The notes beneath the pieces were generated by a model. That model was not told where the DNA came from and searched no databases. It saw only the letters and a program-made list of their open reading frames with translations. From Formosa sp. Hel1_33_131 (GTDB lineage: Bacteria > Bacteroidota > Bacteroidia > Flavobacteriales > Flavobacteriaceae), in the NCBI RefSeq assembly GCF_001735745.1, contig NZ_CP017260.1, positions 930,001-962,000 on the forward strand: a stretch of DNA of 32,000 nt. The letters are read 5' to 3'. A program made the translations under genes and the position numbers. Below are positions 23,449 to 30,239 of the stretch, in pieces. Every line of letters begins with the position of its first letter. Positions within the stretch are counted from its first letter, which is position 1.

Positions 23449-24450
23449 ATGTTAAATTTCCATAAAGACCATAGAAATCTTGTCATAGTTGCCTTCAGCG
23501 TTTTTGCAATATTAAGTATCGGCGTTGCTATTATTCCTGCCTACCAAATGGAGACCTATGAACCGATACCAGGACAAAAAAAACTTAGTATTTCCGAAAG
23601 GAATGGCCTCCATATTTATATCGCTGAAGGTTGTGTCGCCTGTCACACCCAACAAGTTAGAAATATTGAGATGGATAAAACTTGGGGAGAAAGACCTTCA
23701 TTAGCTTCTGATTACTACTATAGTAAACAGCGCATGGATTTCTGGAGGCAATCCCCTTCTCTATTAGGAAGTGAACGTACAGGGCCAGACCTTACGGATA
23801 TTGGAAATCGACAACCTAGCGACCAGTGGCATTTACTGCATTTGTATAATCCTCGGTTGGTTGTAGAAGCTTCTATAATGCCCCGATATTCTTGGTTATT
23901 CACAAAAATAGACACTACCAATGTTCAACAGGAGGATGTGACTTTACCGCGTGGAATTACAAAAATGATGGGTAGTGACATTATAGTGGCAAAAAAAAAT
24001 GCACTAGACCTTGTCTCCTATTTAAAAAGTTTACAACAATATTCGTTTGAGAGTGCGACACCTTCAAGTTTTATACCTGCACTTCCCAAAGAGGAAAATG
24101 GCAATGCTAGTAGCGTTCCATCAAAAAAGTCCTCTGGCGGAGCAGATCTATATCAAAAAAATTGTGCTGCTTGCCACCAAGGGACAGGGCGCGGCGTAAA
24201 AGGCGCTTTCCCTCCACTAACGGGCAGTTTGATTGTCAACGATAAAAATCCAGAAACACTCATCAAAATTATATTAATGGGCTACGATGCTCGCCAGCAG
24301 TACGGCGTTATGCCCCCTTTTGCTGACAAACTTTCTGATGAAGACATCAAAGCGATTGCAGATCATGAGCGATCAAGCTGGGGAAATAGTGCACCAGAAG
24401 TTCCGTTAGAAACCATTACAAGACTAAGAGATTCAATTTTAAAACTATAA
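23449..24450 (+). CDS. ccoO: CcoO-like mono-heme subunit fused to a C-terminal mono-heme cytochrome c domain (CcoO-CcoP-like fusion)
   Basis: 333 aa with an N-terminal TM anchor. The FixO/CcoO block is GLHIYIAEGCVACHTQQVR..LLGSERTGPDLTDIGNR..WHLLHLYNPRLVVEASIMPRYSWLF. A Ser/Pro-rich linker is followed by a second CxxCH (LYQKNCAACHQGTG) with a distal Met candidate (YGVMPPF). Confidence 0.85.
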   Translation: MLNFHKDHRNLVIVAFSVFAILSIGVAIIPAYQMETYEPIPGQKKLSISERNGLHIYIAEGCVACHTQQVRNIEMDKTWGERPSLASDYYYSKQRMDFWRQSPSLLGSERTGPDLTDIGNRQPSDQWHLLHLYNPRLVVEASIMPRYSWLFTKIDTTNVQQEDVTLPRGITKMMGSDIIVAKKNALDLVSYLKSLQQYSFESATPSSFIPALPKEENGNASSVPSKKSSGGADLYQKNCAACHQGTGRGVKGAFPPLTGSLIVNDKNPETLIKIILMGYDARQQYGVMPPFADKLSDEDIKAIADHERSSWGNSAPEVPLETITRLRDSILKL

Positions 24451-24460
24451 TATTATTATT

Positions 24461-24697
24461 ATGAAAATAGACTATTTAGAAAGCTTACAATGTAAAACTC
24501 CTGCAGAAGGCAGGCTGCTCGCCTTTACCCTTGCTAGAAAAACAATCGCTGCAATTCAAACGAATCCTGAAGTTCGTGAAAAGCTCAGGTCTCAATATTC
24601 AGAAGATACCGCCCAATTAATAGCCTCCTCTCAAGTGGTCGCTATTGAATTTCAAACCATTGCCATGGCAAACAACTACTGGAAAGATGAAAAATAA
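24461..24697 (+). CDS. Hypothetical small soluble protein
   Basis: 78-aa ORF in the operon's coding direction with an ATG start 10 nt after the ccoO-like stop. No recognisable motif. Its end overlaps the next gene's probable start. Confidence 0.35.
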   Translation: MKIDYLESLQCKTPAEGRLLAFTLARKTIAAIQTNPEVREKLRSQYSEDTAQLIASSQVVAIEFQTIAMANNYWKDEK

Positions 24698-24959
24698 ACT
24701 TATAATAATTATCGCACTAGTAATGAGCAATGCAGGCTTCGCATGTGAGGTGTGTAAAGCCAAACAGCCAAAAGGGTTTGAAAACCTTACTCATGGTGAA
24801 GGCCCTCAAGGAAATATAGACTATTTCATAATGTACAGTGCTGCTGTAATTGTCGGATACACGCTAATAATGAGTGTGAAATATTTGGTCAAACCAAAAG
24901 AAAACAATCGAGACCACATCAAAAACCTCATTTTAAATGATTCTAATTTTTCTGAATAA
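24687..24959 (+). CDS. Small membrane protein with an N-terminal signal/anchor, a CxxC motif and one TM helix
   Basis: I moved the start to ATG 24687 (MKNKLIIIIALVMSNAGFACEVCKAKQPKGF..). The TM helix is YFIMYSAAVIVGYTLIMSV. The stop overlaps the next start (TAATG). Confidence 0.45.
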   Translation: MKNKLIIIIALVMSNAGFACEVCKAKQPKGFENLTHGEGPQGNIDYFIMYSAAVIVGYTLIMSVKYLVKPKENNRDHIKNLILNDSNFSE

Positions 24960-25381
24960 TGATAAATAAAAGAAAAGTAAGTGTCCTTCTCGATAATGAG
25001 AAAATACCCTTTGGAGTGTTTGAACCTCCCGTAAAACTCGTGCTTGACACTACGAAAATACCAGATGGCAAGCACGAACTAAAAATCAACGCCATTTCGT
25101 CAAGTGGAATTCAAAGTGTAAGGATCATTCCTTTTGAAGTACGCAATGGTCCTGAAATAGCCGTCGTAGGACTGAAAGATCATGAAATCATAGAATCAAA
25201 TACAGCCATTCTAATTAATGCCTATGGCAGTGAGACTTCCGAATCCTTTATAATTAGAGGTTCAGAAACACCAAAAGCCATTCCTTCATGGGTTTGGGCG
25301 TGTATCATTGTATTTGTCAGTTTTGCTGTATTTTACTTTATAACACACTGGAATATGAACACTTATAAATCATTTTTTTAA
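24959..25381 (+). CDS. Hypothetical protein: beta-sandwich-like domain plus C-terminal TM anchor
   Basis: 140 aa. Sequence ..KLVLDTTKIPDGKHELKINAISSSGIQSVRIIPFEVRNGPEIAVV.. is followed by the TM helix WVWACIIVFVSFAVFYFI. Both ends are TAATG-coupled to neighbours. Confidence 0.5.
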   Translation: MINKRKVSVLLDNEKIPFGVFEPPVKLVLDTTKIPDGKHELKINAISSSGIQSVRIIPFEVRNGPEIAVVGLKDHEIIESNTAILINAYGSETSESFIIRGSETPKAIPSWVWACIIVFVSFAVFYFITHWNMNTYKSFF

Positions 25382-25746
25382 TGAACGATATTATTAACAG
25401 AAAAGACATAGAATTAATGGTAGACACCTTCTACGGAGAAGTACGAAAAGATAACCTTTTAGGCCCCATTTTCAATGGCGTCATTAAAGATAATTGGACG
25501 AAACACTTAGACACCATGTACCGTTTTTGGCAAACTGTTCTTTTACACGAAATCGCTTACAAGGGATCTCCATTTGTGCCGCACAGAAAACTACCCATAG
25601 AAGCACAGCATTTTGAGCGTTGGGTATTTCACTTCAACAATTCAATGGATAAAAATTTTGAAGGCAAGCTTGCTGAGGAAGCAAAATGGAGAGCTTCTAA
25701 AATGGCCGAAATGTTCATGTATAAATTGAGTCGTCACAGTTTTTAA
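25381..25746 (+). CDS. Group III truncated hemoglobin (Ctb-like)
   Basis: 121 aa. Close by-eye match to Campylobacter Ctb-type globins: FYGEVRKDNLLGPIFNGVI, HLDTMYRFWQTVLL, KGSPFVPHRKLPI (proximal His region) and FERWVFHF. Confidence 0.75.
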   Translation: MNDIINRKDIELMVDTFYGEVRKDNLLGPIFNGVIKDNWTKHLDTMYRFWQTVLLHEIAYKGSPFVPHRKLPIEAQHFERWVFHFNNSMDKNFEGKLAEEAKWRASKMAEMFMYKLSRHSF

Positions 25747-25791
25747 ACATCAACACATCAATAGAAATTAAATCTTCTAGAAACATTAGAA

Positions 25792-26232
25792 ATGACACTA
25801 AGCAATAAACTAACGATCTCAATCCCGCTTCTATGGCTAGGTTTTGTACTTTCCATCTCGTTTATGGAAGCATGGCTAAAATTTCAAGCAGAAGGGGTGA
25901 CGCTAGCAATTGGTTTGAGCGTTGGTAAACTCATCTTTTTTGCATTAAATAAAGTTGAATTATTATTTTTACTAGTTATCGGCATTTTAACATTCCGAAA
26001 ACAGTCACTACAAAGAAAACACCTTGTAAACATACTTGTATGGCTGATGGTGATTTTACTCATTCAAACATTTTATTTGCTACCAGCCCTTAATCAACGT
26101 GCTGAAATGATTATAAGTGGGAACCCTCCAACCACTTCCTTTTTTCATATTTATTATATTTTTTTAGAAGTATTAAAAGTAATTGCACTCCTCATTTTCT
26201 CACACTTAACCTTAAAAAAACACAATGGATAA
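25792..26232 (+). CDS. Integral membrane protein, ~4 TM, unknown function
   Basis: 146 aa with four hydrophobic segments (ISIPLLWLGFVLSISF; GLSVGKLIFFAL..LLFLLVIGILTF; ILVWLMVILLIQTFYLL; IYYIFLEVLKVIALLIF). Overlaps the TDO start by 8 nt. Confidence 0.55.
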   Translation: MTLSNKLTISIPLLWLGFVLSISFMEAWLKFQAEGVTLAIGLSVGKLIFFALNKVELLFLLVIGILTFRKQSLQRKHLVNILVWLMVILLIQTFYLLPALNQRAEMIISGNPPTTSFFHIYYIFLEVLKVIALLIFSHLTLKKHNG

Positions 26233-27160
26233 CACAAAAATTTATCAATCACTAGAAGACAAATACACAAATCTAGGAGAGAATTCTTCTACGTATTTAA
26301 AAGGGATTCTGCACACCAAGGAAACAGACTACTGGAGTTATATCCAGCTGGATACGCTTCTATCGTTGCAAAATCCTAAAACACATTTTGAAGATGAAGA
26401 AGTCTTCATCATCTATCATCAACTAACGGAACTTATGTTAAAACTCGTACTCAATGAGATAAAAAAGTTGACAGAAAACAATGAGGTTGATGAAGAACTC
26501 TTTATTTCAAAATTACAGAGAATCAACCGTTACACACAAATGCTCATCAATTCGTTTGCTATAATGCGACATGGTATGGACTATGATGATTATAACACTT
26601 TTAGAAGTGCTCTCGCTCCTGCCAGTGGTTTTCAAAGTGCTCAATTTAGATACATTGAACTGCGTAGTACCTCTCTAGAAAATTTAATTCCACAGAAAAA
26701 TAAGATTACCAAAGAAAGTCGTATTGAAGACTTAATGGAACTGCAATACTGGAAAGCAGCAGGCACCAACCCTAGGACTGGAAATAAAACGCTCACCCTT
26801 CGTCAGTTCGAAGAAAAGTATGGCGCTAAACTTTTACAACTCGCTAAGGATTTCAGAAATAAAACACTCAAGGATCGGTTTGAAAGTATCAAATCCCCAT
26901 CAGAAGAACTCATTAATCTAATGCGAACTTTTGATTATTTATATAATATAAAATGGCCTATCGTTCATTTGGAAACCGCTTCTTATTATCTAGATTCCAA
27001 AGGAGAAAGGAAAGAAGCCACAGGGGGTTCAGAATGGAAAAAATACTTACACCCTAAAAATCAACGTCGCATCTTCTTTCCATCGGTCTGGTCAACAGAT
27101 GAATTAAAAAATTGGGGAGACCCATGTTTCTTTCGTGATGAAGATTTTAAAGGGCACTAA
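26225..27160 (+). CDS. kynA: Tryptophan 2,3-dioxygenase family heme protein
   Basis: 311 aa. TDO motifs: YWSYIQLDTLLSLQNP, EEVFIIYHQLTELMLKL (distal His), YNTFRSALAPASGFQSAQFRYIEL (Tyr/Arg that bind the Trp carboxylate, plus SGFQSxQFR), WPIVHLETASYYL (proximal His) and ATGGSEWKKYL. Confidence 0.8.
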   Translation: MDNTKIYQSLEDKYTNLGENSSTYLKGILHTKETDYWSYIQLDTLLSLQNPKTHFEDEEVFIIYHQLTELMLKLVLNEIKKLTENNEVDEELFISKLQRINRYTQMLINSFAIMRHGMDYDDYNTFRSALAPASGFQSAQFRYIELRSTSLENLIPQKNKITKESRIEDLMELQYWKAAGTNPRTGNKTLTLRQFEEKYGAKLLQLAKDFRNKTLKDRFESIKSPSEELINLMRTFDYLYNIKWPIVHLETASYYLDSKGERKEATGGSEWKKYLHPKNQRRIFFPSVWSTDELKNWGDPCFFRDEDFKGH

Positions 27161-27161
27161 A

Positions 27162-27464
27162 ATGATCGTAAACGTTATAGATTTAGATAATAAAATACAT
27201 GCTTTAAAATATAAACGATTGGAATATCCTAGTTTAATGGAACTGATAACCAACTCCTATTATTCAGAAATTGGTGAATGTAAAGGAAAAGGATTGTGCG
27301 GAACTTGTATTGTTGAAGTGATAAAAGGCTTTGAAAAACAGCCTATAAGCACACAAGAAAAGCACACCCTTAAGGTTCATAATGCAACCACAAAAAACAG
27401 ATTGGCCTGTCAAATTATCCTAGATCATAAAACGAATGGCGCCGTCTTTAAAGAAATCATATAA
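27162..27464 (+). CDS. [2Fe-2S] ferredoxin-like protein
   Basis: I moved the start to ATG 27162 (MIVNVIDLDNKIH..), 2 nt after the TDO stop. The Cys pattern is ECKGKGLCGTCIVEV (C-x5-C-x2-C) plus a distal LACQI Cys, as in plant/vertebrate-type 2Fe-2S ferredoxins. Confidence 0.7.
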   Translation: MIVNVIDLDNKIHALKYKRLEYPSLMELITNSYYSEIGECKGKGLCGTCIVEVIKGFEKQPISTQEKHTLKVHNATTKNRLACQIILDHKTNGAVFKEII

Positions 27465-27483
27465 CTAAGTAAAAAGGGGAGAA

Positions 27484-27795
27484 ATGGAAAACTTAGAAAA
27501 AGAAAATCAAATCATCGATCAACTAAAAATGGTATATGACCCCGAAATCCCAGTCAACGTCTATGACTTAGGTCTTATTTATGATTGCAAAATTTTAGCA
27601 GAAGATCGCGTTGAAATTTTGATGACACTCACCTCACCTTCTTGTGCCATGGCAGGAATGATTGTGGACGAAGTAAGAGAGCGTGTCTCAGAACTTGATT
27701 TTATAAAAAAAACGACTGTGGAACTCACTTGGGACCCCCCTTGGGATAAAATACTAATGAGTGACGAAGCATTACTCTTACTCGGATTTATGTAA
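27484..27795 (+). CDS. DUF59 / SufT-like Fe-S cluster assembly protein
   Basis: 103 aa. Family-typical sequence: LKMVYDPEIPVNVYDLGLIYD..ILMTLTSPSCAMAGMIVDEV..VELTWDPPWDKILMSDEALLLLG. Confidence 0.8.
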   Translation: MENLEKENQIIDQLKMVYDPEIPVNVYDLGLIYDCKILAEDRVEILMTLTSPSCAMAGMIVDEVRERVSELDFIKKTTVELTWDPPWDKILMSDEALLLLGFM

Positions 27796-27828
27796 AACTA
27801 AAAAACAATAACTTAAAAAACCCAAATT

Positions 27829-28572
27829 ATGAAGATCACATCAAAAAGTATCGTCGGCGATATCGTTGCCGACAATTACAAAACAGCAGAAATTTTTAAA
27901 AAACACAACATTGATTTCTGTTGTGGCGGACAACAAACTATAGAGGAGGCTTGTGACAAAGAACACCTTTCTAGTGCCGATTCTGAAACACTCCTACAAT
28001 CCGTGAATGCGTTTTTTGAACAAAACGAAAGGGAGCAACACGCCTCAGACTATCGGAATTGGCCTCTCGATGAGCTTGCAGATCACGTGGAGACAAAACA
28101 CCACGGATACGTTGAAGCAAAAATTCCCGTAATAAAAGAATACTTAGACAAAATTGAATCTGCTCACGGAAAAAAACATCCAGAGCTCTCAAAAATCAAT
28201 ACAATATTCAAAGATGCTACTGGACAATTGGTCATGCATATGAAAAAAGAAGAACTCATATTATTTCCATACATTAGAAAAATGGCCAAGGCAAAACGGA
28301 AAAATATCCAATTAGCAACTCCTACTTTTGAAACAATAAAAAACCCCATTAGTAAAATGGATGAAGAACATGATTTTGAAGGGGAAGCCTTCAGAGAAAT
28401 TGCAGCCTTAGCAAATAATTACAACGTACCAGCAGATGGCTGTAATACATACCGTGTTGCTTTTGGCATGCTTAAAGAATTTGATGAAGACCTTCACTTA
28501 CACATCCATAAAGAGAACAATGTTTTGTTTCAAAGAGCGATTGCACTTGAAGAAGAATTACTACAAGCTTAA
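27829..28572 (+). CDS. ric: Iron-sulfur cluster repair di-iron protein (RIC; YtfE/ScdA family)
   Basis: 247 aa. The ScdA_N motif is FKKHNIDFCCGG. Hemerythrin-like His/Glu ligand blocks: LADHVETKHHGYV, HMKKEELILFPYI, MDEEHDFEGEAFREI and LHLHIHKENNVLFQRA. Collinear with E. coli YtfE by eye. Confidence 0.9.
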   Translation: MKITSKSIVGDIVADNYKTAEIFKKHNIDFCCGGQQTIEEACDKEHLSSADSETLLQSVNAFFEQNEREQHASDYRNWPLDELADHVETKHHGYVEAKIPVIKEYLDKIESAHGKKHPELSKINTIFKDATGQLVMHMKKEELILFPYIRKMAKAKRKNIQLATPTFETIKNPISKMDEEHDFEGEAFREIAALANNYNVPADGCNTYRVAFGMLKEFDEDLHLHIHKENNVLFQRAIALEEELLQA

Positions 28573-28592
28573 ACTTAAAGTACTTATTAAAC

Positions 28593-28630
28593 AAAAAAGC
28601 TTCTCAAAATGAGAAGCTTTTTTGTTGTTT
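28593..28630. terminator. Bidirectional rho-independent terminator
   Basis: Perfect 13-bp stem AAAAAAGCTTCTC (28593-28605) / GAGAAGCTTTTTT (28611-28623) with loop AAAAT. T-runs follow on both strands. It lies 21 nt after the ric stop and directly abuts the 3' end of the minus-strand tRNA. Confidence 0.85.
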
Positions 28631-28632
28631 AG

Positions 28633-28714
28633 TGCGGGCGGGGAGACTCGAACTCCCACACCTTGCGGCACTAGATCCTAAGTCTAGCGTGTCTACCAAT
28701 TCCACCACGCCCGC
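28633..28714 (-). tRNA. tRNA-Leu(UAG): tRNA-Leu, anticodon UAG (type II, long variable arm)
   Basis: Reverse complement: GCGGGCGTGGTGGAATTGGTAGACACGCTAGACTTAGGATCTAGTGCCGCAAGGTGTGGGAGTTCGAGTCTCCCCGCCCGCA. 7-bp acceptor stem GCGGGCG/CGCCCGC. Anticodon stem CTAGA/TCTAG with loop CTTAGGA (anticodon TAG). Variable arm. T-arm GGGAG-TTCGAGT-CTCCC. No encoded CCA. Confidence 0.9.
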
Positions 28715-28830
28715 TAAACATGCCTTATAATAGGGCGCAAATATAAACAATAGTTTATAAATACAAATAGTAGATAGAAATATTTATTTGAGAGGATTTT
28801 CGTAGATTTACATTCACAAATTTAAAAACT

Positions 28831-30219
28831 ATGAACTCACTACAATCTTATCTCAACTCAAATAAAGATCGCTTCGTTCAAGAGCTTTTCGAACTTCTTA
28901 GAATCCCATCGGTGAGTGCAGATTCTGCCTTCAGTAAAGATGTGTTTAAAGCAGCCGATTTTGTAGCTGACAGTCTAAAAAAAGCTGGTTGCGATACCAT
29001 AGAAATTTGTCAAACCAAAGGATTTCCTATTGTTTATGGCGAAAAACTGATAGACCCTAAGCTTCCAACGATTTTGGTATATGGTCATTATGATGTGCAA
29101 CCCGCAGATCCGATTGAATTATGGGATGCCCCCGCTTTTGAACCCATCATTAAAAAAACCAAACTCCATCCCGAAGGTGCCATTTTTGCACGGGGTGCGT
29201 GTGACGATAAAGGTCAAATGTATATGCACGTCAAAGCCCTTGAATTTATGACCTCAACAGATCAATTGCCGTGTAACGTTAAGTTTATGATTGAAGGCGA
29301 AGAAGAAGTTGGCAGTGAAAATCTAGCTGAGTTTGTTAAAAACAACACCACCAAACTAAAAAATGATGTCATCCTAATTTCGGACACCGGAATGATTGCG
29401 AAAGACACACCCTCCATCACAACAGGGCTGCGAGGCTTGAGCTATGTAGAAGTTGAAGTCACAGGTCCAAATAGAGACTTACACTCTGGGATTTACGGAG
29501 GAGCCGTCGCAAACCCAATCAATGTATTGGCAAAAATGATCGCCTCTTTACACGATGAAAACAATCATATTACCATTCCTGGTTTTTATGATAAAGTCGA
29601 AGATTTATCAGACGAAGAACGCGCAGAAATGGCAAAGGCACCGTTTTCATTAGAGGCCTATAAAGATTCTTTAAAAATCAATGCCGTCTATGGCGAAAAA
29701 GGCTATTCAACCAACGAACGCAACTCCATTCGTCCCACACTAGATGTGAATGGAATTTGGGGTGGCTATACCGGTGAAGGCGCCAAAACCGTTATTGCGA
29801 GCAAAGCTTATGCAAAAATATCAATGCGCTTAGTTCCTAATCAGGATTGTGAGGAAATTACACTGCTTTTTAAATCCCATTTTGAAAGCATTGCTCCAGA
29901 AGGGGTGACTGTAAAAGTAACTCCACATCATGGTGGTCAGGGCTATGTAACTCCTATCGATACGATTGGATACAAAGCCGCTGCGATGGCTTATAAAGAC
30001 ACTTTTGGCACTGCACCCATCCCACAACGTGGCGGGGGAAGTATTCCTATTGTGGCCTTATTTGAAAAAGAATTAAAGAGTAAAACCATTTTGATGGGAT
30101 TTGGATTGGACAGTGATGCCATCCACTCCCCTAACGAACATTTTGGACTTTTCAATTACTTTAAAGGGATCGAAACAATTCCGCTGTTTTATAAATATTT
30201 TACCGAGCTTCAGTCATAA
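28831..30219 (+). CDS. M20-family dipeptidase (CNDP/PepV-like metallopeptidase)
   Basis: 462 aa. M20 metal and catalytic motifs: VYGHYDVQPADP, ARGACDDKGQ, MIEGEEEVGS and DAIHSPNEH. Confidence 0.85.
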   Translation: MNSLQSYLNSNKDRFVQELFELLRIPSVSADSAFSKDVFKAADFVADSLKKAGCDTIEICQTKGFPIVYGEKLIDPKLPTILVYGHYDVQPADPIELWDAPAFEPIIKKTKLHPEGAIFARGACDDKGQMYMHVKALEFMTSTDQLPCNVKFMIEGEEEVGSENLAEFVKNNTTKLKNDVILISDTGMIAKDTPSITTGLRGLSYVEVEVTGPNRDLHSGIYGGAVANPINVLAKMIASLHDENNHITIPGFYDKVEDLSDEERAEMAKAPFSLEAYKDSLKINAVYGEKGYSTNERNSIRPTLDVNGIWGGYTGEGAKTVIASKAYAKISMRLVPNQDCEEITLLFKSHFESIAPEGVTVKVTPHHGGQGYVTPIDTIGYKAAAMAYKDTFGTAPIPQRGGGSIPIVALFEKELKSKTILMGFGLDSDAIHSPNEHFGLFNYFKGIETIPLFYKYFTELQS

Positions 30220-30239
30220 ATTTTTAAACAGATTGTAAG

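Noticed and set aside
28633-28714. tRNA-Leu as the attachment site of an integrated genomic island covering the NO/EPS block
   Set aside because: There is no integrase, excisionase, transposase or phage gene anywhere in the window. I could not find a direct repeat of the tRNA 3' end. The adjacency can be noted but does not support a mobile-element call.
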